In this document: one piece after another, positions 46,592 to 57,050 of the stretch
Position numbering within the stretch: position 1 is the first letter of the stretch
Layout: every line of letters starts with the position of its first letter
Program-made: the position numbers and the translations under genes
Assembly: GCA_003151615.1 (NCBI GenBank)
Contig: PLXZ01000004.1
Coordinates: forward strand, 46,118 to 110,117
DNA length: 64,000 nt
DNA from: Candidatus Tayloriibacteriota bacterium
GTDB lineage: Bacteria; Patescibacteriota; Minisyncoccia; Phycocordibacterales; PALSA-1337
Reading direction: 5' to 3'
The notes under the pieces: generated by a model
Seen by the model: only the letters and a program-made list of their open reading frames with translations
What the model was told of the DNA's origin: nothing
Database searches by the model: none

Positions 46592-46673
46592 GCCGAAAAA
46601 ATATAACACGTTTTTTTATTTTACACAAATAAAAATCCCGCCACAAACCGGTGTAGCAGGATTGCGATGGGAC

Positions 46674-46823
46674 CGAAATTTTAATCTTTCGGTTTCGTCT
46701 CGGCGTCTTTGTGAGCCTGTGCCGCGTCCTCGTGTTTTTCTGCGGCTTCTTCGTGCGCTTCATTCACTTTTACATCGGCGTCATGGGCCGCTTCATCCGC
46801 CTTTTCCAATTTGTCGTCTTGTG
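46674..46823 (-). CDS. small (49 aa) acidic helical-repeat protein, not in ORF track
   Basis: ATG preceded by GAAAGG RBS; hand translation MAQDDKLEKADEAAHDADVKVNEAHEEAAEKHEDAAQAHKDAETKPKD; followed by hairpin plus U-run terminator (about 46626-46665). Confidence 0.3.
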
Positions 46824-46916
46824 CCATAATTTTTGCCTTTCACGTTGTTCAATTTTATATGTAACCAGCATATATGACGCTAAATAGTCGGCAGTATTTC
46901 ATTCTCTCATTTGCTG

Positions 46917-47001
46917 TGCCCGGGGTGGGGGTCGAACCCACACGGCCTTACGGCCACAAAATTTTAAGTCTTGCGTGTATAACCAGTTTCACCACCCGGG
47001 C
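46917..47001 (-). tRNA. tRNA-Leu (anticodon TAA), long variable arm
   Basis: Acceptor GCCCGGG/CCCGGGC, anticodon stem CAAGA/TTTTG with loop CTTAAAA, T-arm GGGGGTTCGACCCCC. Confidence 0.75.
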
Positions 47002-47036
47002 ATTTTATTTTCAAAACTGACATCGTTTCAATCGTG

Positions 47037-47110
47037 AGATCCAGGCCGGGCTCGAACCGGCGCATAACGCTTTTGCAGAGCGTCGCGTTGACCAACTTCG
47101 CCACTGGATC
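47037..47110 (-). tRNA. tRNA-Cys (anticodon GCA)
   Basis: Acceptor GATCCAG/CTGGATC, anticodon stem ACGCT/AGCGT with loop CTGCAAA, T-loop TTCGAGC, discriminator U. Confidence 0.8.
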
Positions 47111-47145
47111 TTGCGGGCAGGGCCCGTTCTAAACCTTCTAGTATT

Positions 47146-47475
47146 CTATATGGTATGCGAGATTTCGTCTATTTTCTGGCGATTTTTCTCGCCGCCGTCG
47201 ATTTCGAAGTCGAAGAAGGGAATGCGGTGCATGCGCGATTTTTCCATGAAGAAATGGCGGAAGTCGCCGCGCGAGCGTTTTAAGAAATCATAGGCGGCTT
47301 TTTCTTTTTCGATCGGCAGGACTGTGAAATAAATCATGGCCAGTTTGCCGTTGTCCGAAATACCGACATGCGTCACGGTAATGAGCGAAAGGCCGTTTGA
47401 TTCGCGCGCGATGAATTCGCCCGCTTTCGCGATTATCAGATCCCTCAGTCTGCCGTCTTTTATTTCGTCCGCCAT
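47146..47475 (-). CDS. rbfA: ribosome-binding factor A
   Basis: KH-like fold pattern (ITVTHVGISDNGKLAMIYFTVLP); located upstream of infB. Confidence 0.8.
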   Translation of the reverse strand: MADEIKDGRLRDLIIAKAGEFIARESNGLSLITVTHVGISDNGKLAMIYFTVLPIEKEKAAYDFLKRSRGDFRHFFMEKSRMHRIPFFDFEIDGGEKNRQKIDEISHTI

Positions 47476-47512
47476 ATTATTATTTTAGATTATTTGTCAT
47501 GAGCGCCGGCAG

Positions 47513-49078
47513 TTACTGCTTCGCCGCCATCTTTTCCACGACTTTGAAACCCTCGATTTTATCGCCGACCGCAATTTCAATTTTTGATTCGATGAGGGAA
47601 CCGAATTCGTAGCCTTCGCGGACTTCGGATGCCTTCACCTTCTGCTGTTGGAGTTCCTTCACGCGTCCGTGTCCGATGACCGCATCGCGTCGCAGGATTT
47701 TCACCTCCGAGCCGACGCTAATTTCGCCTTCCTGCACTTTGCCGCCCAGAATCTGCCGGTCCTTTACCTTGCTGAAGATTGCCAGGATTTTTGCCTTGCC
47801 GGTTGATTCCTCCATGAATTCCTTTGGCACCTTTTCGGCAACCGCGTTTTTGACGTATTCGATGAGCTCGTAGATGATTTTGAATTCGCGGATATTGATC
47901 GGAGCTTCGGCCGTTGCACGTTCAAGGATGCTCTTTGCGCGGGTATCAGGTTTCGCATTGAAGGCGAGAATTGTGATTGAAGGATCGCCCTGCGCCGTTT
48001 TGACATCGCTTTCTGAAACGACGCCGACGCCTTCGATGACGATTTTTATCGCAACCTTGTCGTTTTTGATTTTGGCAAGTTCGTGGCGGATGCCGTCGAG
48101 ACTGCCGGCCGCGTCGCTTTTGATGATGAAGGGCACAATAATTTTGTTTGAGTTTGCCGAATTGTTTGAAGAGGATTGCGTCGCCGTGCTTTTCGGCTTG
48201 AATGCCGCGGCCAACGTTTCTGCTTCTTTTTTCCCTGCTACGACAGTGAAAGGGGAACCGGCCGGCGGAAGTTTATTCCATCCGACGACGCCGACAGGGC
48301 TCGAGAAACTCGCGGACGCAATTGTTTTGCCGGAATAGTCTTCCAACGCCCGAACCGGAGAGATGGCGTCTTCCGCCACAATATATGTACCTGTCTGAAG
48401 CGTACCATTTTTGATGATGAGGGTCGCGGAAATGCCTTTTTTATTGTCGAGATGGGCTTCGATGATTGCTCCCTGCGCCGGCGCATTTTTGTCGGCTTTC
48501 AAATCGGCGAATTCGGCTACGAGCATGATCATGTCGAGAAGTTCGGGAATACCCTGGCCATTAAGGGCGGAAATGGGAACGAACGAAATATCTCCGCCGT
48601 AACCTTCCAAATATATTTCATTTTCGGCGAGATTTATTTTTGTGCGGTCGATATTCGCGCCCGGCTTGTCGATTTTATTTATCGCAACGATGTACGGAAG
48701 TTTTTCGTCCTTTATGCATTTGAGTGCTTCGAGGGTCTGCGGTTTGACGCCATCTTCGGCTGAGATGACAAGCACTGCAATATCGGCAACGCGCGCGCCA
48801 CGTTCGCGGATGGCGCAGAAGGCCTCGTGTCCCGGCGTATCGATGAAGGTGATTTTGTGCGCAATAGAATTTTCCTGCGCGGTTTTGCCCGTGCCGGTTT
48901 TGTGTTCGACTTCATACGCGCCGAGATGCTGGGTGATGCCGCCCGCTTCGCCTCCGACCACGTTCGTTTTGCGGATATAGTCGAGAAGGGTCGATTTTCC
49001 ATGGTCAATATGACCCATGACGACGACGACAGGGGGACGCAGAGTCATGTTTTCAGGCTGTTTTTTCGGGGCTGCCAT
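47513..49078 (-). CDS. infB: translation initiation factor IF-2 (short form lacking N-terminal extension)
   Basis: VVVVMGHIDHGKSTLLD G1, DTPGHEAF G3, NKID G4, C-terminal beta-barrels. Confidence 0.95.
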   Translation of the reverse strand: MAAPKKQPENMTLRPPVVVVMGHIDHGKSTLLDYIRKTNVVGGEAGGITQHLGAYEVEHKTGTGKTAQENSIAHKITFIDTPGHEAFCAIRERGARVADIAVLVISAEDGVKPQTLEALKCIKDEKLPYIVAINKIDKPGANIDRTKINLAENEIYLEGYGGDISFVPISALNGQGIPELLDMIMLVAEFADLKADKNAPAQGAIIEAHLDNKKGISATLIIKNGTLQTGTYIVAEDAISPVRALEDYSGKTIASASFSSPVGVVGWNKLPPAGSPFTVVAGKKEAETLAAAFKPKSTATQSSSNNSANSNKIIVPFIIKSDAAGSLDGIRHELAKIKNDKVAIKIVIEGVGVVSESDVKTAQGDPSITILAFNAKPDTRAKSILERATAEAPINIREFKIIYELIEYVKNAVAEKVPKEFMEESTGKAKILAIFSKVKDRQILGGKVQEGEISVGSEVKILRRDAVIGHGRVKELQQQKVKASEVREGYEFGSLIESKIEIAVGDKIEGFKVVEKMAAKQ

Positions 49079-49139
49079 AGGAAACCTAGCATACCAGAAA
49101 AATCAGAGATTGACAATTCCATCCCTTAGAAACGAGGCT

Positions 49140-49635
49140 TTATGGATTAGAATAACAGCCAGTTTGGTTCCAGGCATTGCTTTGATTTGTGGACATTGAC
49201 TGTCCGTCGCTTCCGATACAGATGAATACTTGAGCCGAAGGCAGCCACGCCATGAAGGAATATTTTTTAAATCCGCTCGCGCTTCCGTTATAAAAAGTAT
49301 CGGAGGACCCACTCCACCAAGGTGAACCTTTATTTGCATTAGTAATTTCGTTACATACCGCCACCTCCGAGCTTGCGTAAGCACTGCCCGAATTGAAAGC
49401 GGAGGAGCAACTTGTTGTCTGAGGAATCCAATTTCCCGACTGCACCGCGGCGTAGTTGCCGGAAACCGAATATTCTTCCTCGGCAAGAATTTGCAGTTGA
49501 CGCATCTTTTCCTTTGGCGCGCGCCGCGCTCAACGACGCCAATACTATTGACGATAGAAGTCCGATAATGGAAATGACGACGAGAAGCTCTATGAGAGTA
49601 AACCCTTTATCTTTTTTTAATGCAGTAAAAGTCAT
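49140..49635 (-). pseudogene. type IV pilin-like gene (prepilin N-terminal methylation motif) split by a +1 frameshift
   Basis: Frame A: MTFTALKKDKG/FTLIELLVVISIIGLLSSIVLASLSAARAKGKDA. Frame B continues (K)MRQLQILAEEEY... into the Cys-containing globular C-terminal domain. The junction sits in the A-rich run gccAAAGGAAAAGatg at about 49500-49515. Confidence 0.5.
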
Positions 49636-49654
49636 ATGGTAATGAATATTGAAT

Positions 49655-49948
49655 CTATGAAGATGTCGGGGCAGCTCCTTCATGCATGCTTTGCAATTGC
49701 TGCTGTATTTGCTGTTGTTGGGCCGGGGTCAACGGACTCTGTCCTCTCCCGTACGTGGCGTAAAGAATGACCCCTGTCACGACAAGAGCGGCAATAATCA
49801 CAATGATAAAAACCCTGTTGGCCTGATCGGACGTTTTTACTATGCCTGTTGAAAGAAGCCAGCGTACCAAACCGGGTTGTTCGTTGCTCGACTGAAACCT
49901 CGCATAGAGAATCGAGGGTCTTTTTTCATCATTAAATTCTACCGACAT
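49655..49948 (-). CDS. hypothetical membrane protein
   Basis: ORF track; one TM helix; Q-rich tail. Confidence 0.3.
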   Translation of the reverse strand: MSVEFNDEKRPSILYARFQSSNEQPGLVRWLLSTGIVKTSDQANRVFIIVIIAALVVTGVILYATYGRGQSPLTPAQQQQIQQQLQSMHEGAAPTSS

Positions 49949-49968
49949 GTTTTTTTGTGCATCATTTA

Positions 49969-50478
49969 TTATACTACGTTAGTCGTCACCATTCCTTTTT
50001 GAGCCTCCTTCAATGCCGCCGTTTCCTCTTCGGAAAGTTCGAATTCGGGCTTGCCGGCTTTTACGGGTTTTGAAAAAATGCTGACGTGTTCGCGGGAGTA
50101 GAGGCTGGAGAGAATAACACCATCGCCGTCCTGATTCAAAAATGCGGTGGCGAAACTCTGGTTGCCGCCGGAGCCTGTGCCTTTGAAGGGATTGAAACGA
50201 ATGGTTTGCACGGACTGCACGCTTTTTTTGAGGCGCGATTCGACGGTCGTGAGATATTTTTCGAGTTCCGCGCGGAATTTCTCAATGTCCTTCATGTTGG
50301 TTGCGATTTCGTTAATGCCTGCTTCTATATTTTTTGCCCCAGCAGATCCGCCGAGCAGACGTTTGATTTTAGACTGCATTCTGACAACGAGAATCACCAG
50401 GACAACCAAAATAATCGCGAAGAGTGCCAGTGCGGCGAGAATGAAAACAGGAGGAATGTTTATCAATGCGAATGTCAT
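49969..50478 (-). CDS. DUF4446-like membrane-anchored protein
   Basis: N-terminal TM; RFNPFKGTGSGGNQSFATAFLNQDGDGVILSSLYSRE motif characteristic of DUF4446. Confidence 0.55.
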   Translation of the reverse strand: MTFALINIPPVFILAALALFAIILVVLVILVVRMQSKIKRLLGGSAGAKNIEAGINEIATNMKDIEKFRAELEKYLTTVESRLKKSVQSVQTIRFNPFKGTGSGGNQSFATAFLNQDGDGVILSSLYSREHVSIFSKPVKAGKPEFELSEEETAALKEAQKGMVTTNVV

Positions 50479-50525
50479 AAATAGTATGGGCTAAGTATAA
50501 AACACGCCTATGATATACTCAAGGC

Positions 50526-51728
50526 ATGAAACGAGTTTATCTGGATTACGCATCACTTACGCCGGTTGACAAGAGGGTGGAGCGCGTTGTTGCCGACTAT
50601 GCAAAAACGGAACGAAAGGGTATTTACGCGAATCCCTCCTCTATATACGCCGCAGGAGTCGAAGCAAAAAAAGTTTTGGAGCAGGCACGCGCCAGTGTGG
50701 CGAAGTTTTTGAACGCGCATGCCGATGAAATTATTTTTACTTCCGGCGGCACCGAATCGAACGGTTTGGCATTGGAAGGCGCGGGCCGGGCATTTCGGCA
50801 TGCAGGCAACGAAAAACCCCACCTGATTATTTCAGCGATCGAACACTCATCCGTGATCGAAATCGCCGCGATGATGGAAAAACATGGCTGTGAAGTCACG
50901 CGTCTTTCCGTCGATCATTCCGGCATGGTATCGCTTGATGAATTGAAAAAGTCCATCAGGCCGAATACGTTCATGGTTTCCATAATGACGGTCAACAATG
51001 AAATTGGAGTGATGCAGCCCATGCGCGAAATCGCAAAAATTATCCGTCATGCCCGAACAAATATTACAAAAAGCGCATATCCGCTTTTTCATACTGACGC
51101 CGCGCAAGCTGCACTCTATTATGATCTCAATGTTGAAAAGCTAGGCGCCGATTTGATCACCCTTGATTCGATAAAAATATACGGCCCGCGAGGCATCGGC
51201 GCGCTCTATATAAAGAGGGGAACGCTAATTGAACAAATAATGTACGGCGGTGGTCAGGAAAAAGGGTTGCGCTCGGGCACTGAAAACATCGCGGGCATTT
51301 CCGGCTTCGCAAAAGCCCTGGAAATTGCGGCGGAAGAAAGGGAAGAAGAAACGAAACGGATTGCCGGCTTGCGTGATTACTTTATTGAAAAATTAAAGAC
51401 GAAATTTCCGAAACTGATTGTGCATGGGGTGCATATTCCCGGCGACGCCGAAAAAAGGATTGCGAATAATATAAACGTGACTCTTAATGACGCCGACCAT
51501 GAATTTTTCCTGCTTCAGTTGGATGTGCGCGGCGTGGTGTGCTCGACCAAAAGCGCATGCCTGCGCGATGAAGACGAGTCGTACGTCATCCGCGCGCTGT
51601 CCAAAAATACAGCCGGAAATTCTTCAAAAAAAGTGCCGCAGTCGCTCCGTTTTTCCCTCGGCCGCTCCACAAAGAAAAAAGACATAGATTACGCCTTGAA
51701 AATGATTGACGACATACTTTCCGTATGA
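50526..51728 (+). CDS. cysteine desulfurase family aminotransferase (class V)
   Basis: YLDYASLTP, TSGGTESN, PLP-lysine region, SACL-like Cys loop (STKSACL). Confidence 0.85.
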   Translation: MKRVYLDYASLTPVDKRVERVVADYAKTERKGIYANPSSIYAAGVEAKKVLEQARASVAKFLNAHADEIIFTSGGTESNGLALEGAGRAFRHAGNEKPHLIISAIEHSSVIEIAAMMEKHGCEVTRLSVDHSGMVSLDELKKSIRPNTFMVSIMTVNNEIGVMQPMREIAKIIRHARTNITKSAYPLFHTDAAQAALYYDLNVEKLGADLITLDSIKIYGPRGIGALYIKRGTLIEQIMYGGGQEKGLRSGTENIAGISGFAKALEIAAEEREEETKRIAGLRDYFIEKLKTKFPKLIVHGVHIPGDAEKRIANNINVTLNDADHEFFLLQLDVRGVVCSTKSACLRDEDESYVIRALSKNTAGNSSKKVPQSLRFSLGRSTKKKDIDYALKMIDDILSV

Positions 51729-51757
51729 TTAAATGCAGGTAATCATACGACTTCCAT

Positions 51758-52624
51758 ATGGAACATCTCACCAAACAACAAATCGTCCTCCTCACTCTTT
51801 TTACGAGTTTTGTGACGTCTATCGCCACCGGTATCGTGACGGTTGCCCTCGTTGACCAGGCTCCGGCGACCGTGACCGGCACCGTTAACCACGTCATTGA
51901 ACGTACGATTGAAGAAATCGTTCCGCCCGCTTCGACGGGTTCGGGCGGCTCTGCCCAATCAGCTTCGGCATCGAATGCGGCTGCAAGCGCTTTTTCAGAC
52001 CCGGCGGACCAGATCGCCGCCGCGACTGCCATCGGCCAGCAGAGCGTGGTTCGCATAATGCTCGGCAACAATGTCACGGGACTTGGCGTTGTGGCGGCTT
52101 CGAGCGGCATCATCATAGCCGACAAATCTTCCGTTGCGATGCCCGGAAATTACGTTGCCATTTCATCGACGGGCGCACAGTATCCGCTCCAGGTCATCCA
52201 GAAGCAAAATAACGGCGACGTCGTATTTTTGTTGGCCGGTCCGGTCGTGACGCCCGGCCCCGCTCCGGCGACAAGTAGGCAATCGTCATTAGTACCGGCA
52301 ACGTTCGCTTCGCTTGCAGGTCCGAATGCGCCGCTCCTTGGCGAGACCGTCATCGCGCTTTCAAATTCCGGCTCCGGCATCGGTTCAGCCGCGGTCTCCG
52401 AAGGCATCATCCAAAAAATAAATATGACTCCCGACAGCAATGGAATTGTTGACGCAAGTTCGACCATCGCTTCATTCTCGACGAGTATTGATTCGCCGGA
52501 CATAACCGTCGGCAGCGCGCTTTTTGACGCCAACGGCAATCTTCTCGGTATGAAAACATTGAGCAATTTGCCCGGTAATTTCTATCCGATCGGCTATTTG
52601 GAAGCGATGGTGCCGGCGTTGTAG
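51758..52624 (+). CDS. membrane-anchored trypsin-like (S1C/HtrA-like) peptidase-domain protein without PDZ
   Basis: N-terminal TM; GNSGSGIGSAAVSEG resembling the GDSGGP-type Ser box (degenerate); about 190-aa chymotrypsin-fold length. Confidence 0.45.
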   Translation: MEHLTKQQIVLLTLFTSFVTSIATGIVTVALVDQAPATVTGTVNHVIERTIEEIVPPASTGSGGSAQSASASNAAASAFSDPADQIAAATAIGQQSVVRIMLGNNVTGLGVVAASSGIIIADKSSVAMPGNYVAISSTGAQYPLQVIQKQNNGDVVFLLAGPVVTPGPAPATSRQSSLVPATFASLAGPNAPLLGETVIALSNSGSGIGSAAVSEGIIQKINMTPDSNGIVDASSTIASFSTSIDSPDITVGSALFDANGNLLGMKTLSNLPGNFYPIGYLEAMVPAL

Positions 52625-52681
52625 CCCCTGTTTTTACTTGAATCCCGCAATATTTTCTGATATGCTGGTGTAGTAAAGGCT

Positions 52682-55417
52682 ATGCCCCCATTCAAGAATT
52701 TCACCACAAAGGCAAAAGAAGCCATTCGCCGCGCACACGAACTAGCCATCGAACGCGGTCAGAACCATGTCAATCCGCTCCATCTCCTCTGTTCGCTCAT
52801 CCTCCAGGAAGAAAGCATGGTCGCCTCCATTTTGGACAAGCTCGAAATTGATACGATGATGCTGACCGATTTGATTTTGGAGCAAATTGAAGCTCCCGAA
52901 TCGACGAACGTTTTGTCTCCGTCGTACCAGATTTATTTGACGCCGGATCTCGCTTCAATCATGGAGCACGCCGGGAAGGAAGCCGCCGGATTGAAAGACG
53001 AATTTATTTCCACGGAACATTTGTTTGTGGCTGTGTTTGACGTTGCCGGACATGCCCGCGATGTGTTGGCTCGTTTCAAAATCGACAAAGACAGCGTCAT
53101 CCGCATCATCCAGGAATTACGCGCGTCGCCGATTGCCGATTCCGACAAGCCGAAACGCTTTCGCACGCTCGCAAAATACGCACGCTCGCTGACGAAGCTG
53201 GCGAAAGACAATAAACTGGACCCGGTCATTGGTCGCGACGCGGAAATTTTGCGCGTCATTCAGATTCTGTCGCGACGCACGAAAAATAATCCTATTCTAA
53301 TTGGTGAAGCCGGTGTTGGTAAAACCGCAATCGCCGAAGGCCTCGCAATTCGCATGGCTCAGGGCGATGTGCCGGAATCTTTGAAGGACAAGGAATTGGT
53401 TTCGCTTGACCTTGGTTCTCTCATTGCCGGAACGAAATACCGAGGTGAATTCGAAGAACGCCTCAAAAACATTTTGAAGGAAATCGAAGCGGCCGAAGGA
53501 AAAATAATTTTGTTTGTCGATGAAATACATACTATTGTAGGAGCGGGTGCGAGCGAGGGCTCGATGGATGCTTCGAATATGCTGAAACCTGCATTGTCCC
53601 GCGGGGAACTACGCGCAATTGGTGCGACGACTCTCAAGGAATACCAGAAACACATTGAAAAGGACCCTGCTTTGACACGACGTTTCCAGCCAGTCTATGT
53701 CACGGAGCCTTCAATTGAAGACGCCATCGCCATTTTGCGCGGCTTGAAGGAAAAATACGAACTCTATCACGGTGTTCATATTACCGACGATGCAATTGTC
53801 GCCGCAGTTAATCTGTCGTCACGCTACATTGCCGACCGGTTTTTGCCGGACAAAACTGTTGACTTGATTGACGAAGCCGCTTCCGCCCTGAAAATTTCGC
53901 TCGAAAACATGCCGCCGGAATTGGAGGAGACGCGCCGAAAAATTATGCGACTCGAAATCGAGCGCGAGGCCCTGAAAAAGGAAACCGATCCGATTGCCAA
54001 AGCTCGGACCAAAAAAATCGAAAAGGAAATCGCCGATTTGCGGGAGGGTACGTCCGAATTGGAATTGAAATGGAAAAACGAAAAGGATACTATCACGGAT
54101 ATTAAAACCATTAAAAAATCGCTTGAATCGCTGCGTATCGAAGCCGAACGCGCCGAAGCAACCGCCGATTTGGCCAAAGCCGCGGAAATCCGCTACGGAA
54201 AAATTCCGGCTCTCGAAAAAGATTTGGAGGCAAAGGCAAAGCGTCTGAAAAAATTGCAGTCGTCGCGCCGCATTTTGAAGGAGGAAATCACCGAGCAGGA
54301 CATCGCCGATGTCGTTTCGCGCTGGACGGGCATTCCGGTTTCGCGAATGTTGGAGGCGGAGATGCAAAAACTGTCGCGCATGGATCATGATTTGCAACAG
54401 CGCATTGTCGGTCAGGACGAAGCCGTCAAAAAAATCGCCGATACCATCAAACGTTCGCGCGCCGGCATCGCCGACCCGAACCGTCCGATCGGTTCGTTCA
54501 TTTTCCTCGGGCCTACCGGCGTGGGTAAAACCGAACTGACAAAAGCCCTCGCCGAGTTCCTCTTCAACGATGAAAAAGCCCTCATCCGTGTCGACATGTC
54601 CGAATATATGGAAAAGCATTCCGTATCGCGTCTGATTGGAGCGCCTCCCGGCTATGTCGGCCACGACGAAGGCGGGGGACTGACCGAGCTTGTCCGTCAC
54701 CGCCCATATTCCGTGATTCTTTTCGACGAAATCGAAAAGGCCCATCCGGAAGTTTTCAACATACTTCTCCAGGTTCTCGACAATGGACGTCTGACCGACA
54801 GCAAGGGCCGCACCGTCAACTTTAAAAATACCGTTATAATCATGACCTCGAACATCGGCGCGCAATACATCGAAAAAATGGAAAAAATTGGCTTTGCAAA
54901 GGAACTCGACGCGGCCGCGGCCGAAAAGGCAAATTACGAAGAGACAAAAACGCGCGTCATGGCATCGCTCAAGGACTACTTCCGCCCGGAATTTTTGAAC
55001 CGCGTTGACGACATCATTCTGTTCGACATCTTGAGCAAGGAATCGATCGAAAAAATCGTGCGCATCCAGGTTCAGGCCGTTGTCGAGCGTCTCCGCACCA
55101 AGGATATCAATCTCATCGTTTCGCCCGAAGTCATCGCGTATCTCGCGAAACAAGGCTATGATCCGCACTACGGCGCGCGTCCGTTGAAACGCCTCATTCA
55201 AAACAAAATCCTGACGCCGGTCGCCGGGCTTATGATTACGCACGGCGTTGCGAAAGGGGGCACTATTAATGTCGGCATAAAGGATTCGCAGTTTAAAAAA
55301 GACGGTGCCGCCCGCGCGGCCGGCCAACCCACCGAGCAGGAATTCACATTCGACGTGAAGAAGAAAGCAAAAGCTGAAAATCAGATGATCGTATCGAAAA
55401 TGTCCTTGCAGAAATAG
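52682..55417 (+). CDS. clpB: ATP-dependent chaperone ClpB
   Basis: Two AAA+ modules ([15 protein letters not shown]; [15 protein letters not shown]), long middle coiled-coil domain, 911 aa. Confidence 0.95.
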   Translation: MPPFKNFTTKAKEAIRRAHELAIERGQNHVNPLHLLCSLILQEESMVASILDKLEIDTMMLTDLILEQIEAPESTNVLSPSYQIYLTPDLASIMEHAGKEAAGLKDEFISTEHLFVAVFDVAGHARDVLARFKIDKDSVIRIIQELRASPIADSDKPKRFRTLAKYARSLTKLAKDNKLDPVIGRDAEILRVIQILSRRTKNNPILIGEAGVGKTAIAEGLAIRMAQGDVPESLKDKELVSLDLGSLIAGTKYRGEFEERLKNILKEIEAAEGKIILFVDEIHTIVGAGASEGSMDASNMLKPALSRGELRAIGATTLKEYQKHIEKDPALTRRFQPVYVTEPSIEDAIAILRGLKEKYELYHGVHITDDAIVAAVNLSSRYIADRFLPDKTVDLIDEAASALKISLENMPPELEETRRKIMRLEIEREALKKETDPIAKARTKKIEKEIADLREGTSELELKWKNEKDTITDIKTIKKSLESLRIEAERAEATADLAKAAEIRYGKIPALEKDLEAKAKRLKKLQSSRRILKEEITEQDIADVVSRWTGIPVSRMLEAEMQKLSRMDHDLQQRIVGQDEAVKKIADTIKRSRAGIADPNRPIGSFIFLGPTGVGKTELTKALAEFLFNDEKALIRVDMSEYMEKHSVSRLIGAPPGYVGHDEGGGLTELVRHRPYSVILFDEIEKAHPEVFNILLQVLDNGRLTDSKGRTVNFKNTVIIMTSNIGAQYIEKMEKIGFAKELDAAAAEKANYEETKTRVMASLKDYFRPEFLNRVDDIILFDILSKESIEKIVRIQVQAVVERLRTKDINLIVSPEVIAYLAKQGYDPHYGARPLKRLIQNKILTPVAGLMITHGVAKGGTINVGIKDSQFKKDGAARAAGQPTEQEFTFDVKKKAKAENQMIVSKMSLQK

Positions 55418-55438
55418 ATTTTTTGGTATACTGATAGC

Positions 55439-56233
55439 ATGCTAGACGACCATGAGAGCACTGCAAAGTTTGCCTTGTTGCGTATAAGGTATATCCTGCG
55501 CTTGAGCTGGGCTTTGGCGTGGGCCAGATTTAAATTACGCATCGCCGGCAGGTATCTCGGCATATTCTGGTATATTCTGGAACCGCTGGCTTTTTTTCTC
55601 ATACTCCTCTCTCTCCAGATCAATGTCGGCGCCGCCTCTATCCCGCGCTATCCCGAATATCTCATGCTCGGGCTCATTATGACCAATTTTTTTATAAGTA
55701 CGATATCGGGCTCCATCGGGTCGATACGGGAGAACAAGAACATGGTTCAATCCATATCCATACCTCAGGAAGTGTTGCCCCTCTCGACCGTCATTCAATT
55801 TTGTTTCTCCCATGCCATCGAATTCCTATTTTTTATCGTGATAATTATCTATTACGGCATGTTTTCATGGGTTGTTCTGTGGTATATTCCTATTTTTGTC
55901 GTCTTTGCCACCTTCGTGCTCGGCCTGTCATTCCTGTTCGCCACCCTCGGCGTTTTTATTGAAGATCTCAATAATATCTGGTCGGTCGGCAGTCGCCTCT
56001 TGTGGCTGGGCACCCCTATTTTTTATGCGCTCACGCCCGGCACGCTTCTCGCGCGCGCGAATGATTTTAATCCGCTCTACTATTTCATGACTTTTGCCAG
56101 GACCACCGTTGTCTATTCATCGGTTTCAGAAACGGCATTCATTTTTGGCGTCATCATTCTTTCGGTCCTGACGCTCATTATAGGTGAAGCGGTATTCAGT
56201 AAGACCAAAATATCTTTTGGTGAATATCTATGA
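55439..56233 (+). CDS. ABC-2 type polysaccharide/teichoic-acid exporter permease (Wzm/TagG-like)
   Basis: Six-TM ABC-2 pattern; translationally coupled to the downstream ATPase. Confidence 0.75.
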   Translation: MLDDHESTAKFALLRIRYILRLSWALAWARFKLRIAGRYLGIFWYILEPLAFFLILLSLQINVGAASIPRYPEYLMLGLIMTNFFISTISGSIGSIRENKNMVQSISIPQEVLPLSTVIQFCFSHAIEFLFFIVIIIYYGMFSWVVLWYIPIFVVFATFVLGLSFLFATLGVFIEDLNNIWSVGSRLLWLGTPIFYALTPGTLLARANDFNPLYYFMTFARTTVVYSSVSETAFIFGVIILSVLTLIIGEAVFSKTKISFGEYL

Positions 56234-57006
56234 TGAACATGTATAAAAAAACCCGATTGGCTGACAATGTGTTTATCGAGGTACAAGGCCTCTCAAAGAA
56301 ATTTCGGCTTCAAAGTAGGCCGCGGGTCATGCTCAATATATTTCTTTCTGCCGGCGCAAAGCGGGAGGACGTGTTGGTAGCCCTGAATGATATCAATATT
56401 TCGGTTGCGCGAGGCGAAGTGATTGGTCTCATCGGCAGGAACGGCAGCGGTAAAAGCACCCTTCTTAAGATATTAGCTGGATTGCATTCGAAAAATGCCG
56501 GCAGCGTGAGCATTTCCGGCCAGTCGCTGTATCTGTCCGGCCTCAATTTCGCCAGCAATCCATATATGACTGTCCGCGAGAATATATATCTCACGGGAAT
56601 GATCTTTGGTTTGCGTCAGAAAGAGATCTCGGCAAAGCTGCCGGGAATTCTTGATTTTTCTGGCCTTGCTCGATTTGTCGATACGGAGACGTTTAAACTG
56701 TCCTCCGGAATGATGGTTCGATTGAACACGTCAGTGGCATTTTATTGCATGGAACACACAAAACCCGATACGTTGCTTTTGGACGAAATAGTATCGACTG
56801 GCGGCGACATTGAGTTTCAAATAAAGAGCATCGAAAAGATAAAGAAACTGGTCCGAGGAGGGGCAACTGTACTCGTTGCCAGTCACGATCTTTCATTTAT
56901 AGAAAATTTTTGCGATCGAGTCATATGGTTAGAGTCCGGACAGATATTCAGGGAAGGCTTACCACCAAAAGTAGTGAATGAATATAAAGCAAAATACGGC
57001 GTTTAA
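56230..57006 (+). CDS. ABC transporter ATP-binding protein (Wzt/TagH-like)
   Basis: GLIGRNGSGKSTLLKIL Walker A, LSSGM signature, LLLDE Walker B. Confidence 0.85.
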   Translation: MMNMYKKTRLADNVFIEVQGLSKKFRLQSRPRVMLNIFLSAGAKREDVLVALNDINISVARGEVIGLIGRNGSGKSTLLKILAGLHSKNAGSVSISGQSLYLSGLNFASNPYMTVRENIYLTGMIFGLRQKEISAKLPGILDFSGLARFVDTETFKLSSGMMVRLNTSVAFYCMEHTKPDTLLLDEIVSTGGDIEFQIKSIEKIKKLVRGGATVLVASHDLSFIENFCDRVIWLESGQIFREGLPPKVVNEYKAKYGV

Positions 57007-57050
57007 ATATCAACACTTGACTAAGAATATTTTTTTGACATGATTAGCAC

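Noticed and set aside
46512-46829. 105-aa plus-strand ORF across the tRNA-Lys repeat units
   Set aside because: Overlaps the tRNA 5' end, the degenerate tRNA-fragment repeats and the small minus-strand acidic ORF; composition looks non-coding
53819-55327. 502-aa minus-strand ORF inside clpB
   Set aside because: Antisense shadow ORF of a highly conserved gene. The same applies to other long antisense ORFs inside lepA, gyrA, infB, hisS and the sensor kinase, for example 35035-35643, 48176-48763, 21604-22215 and 28216-28596
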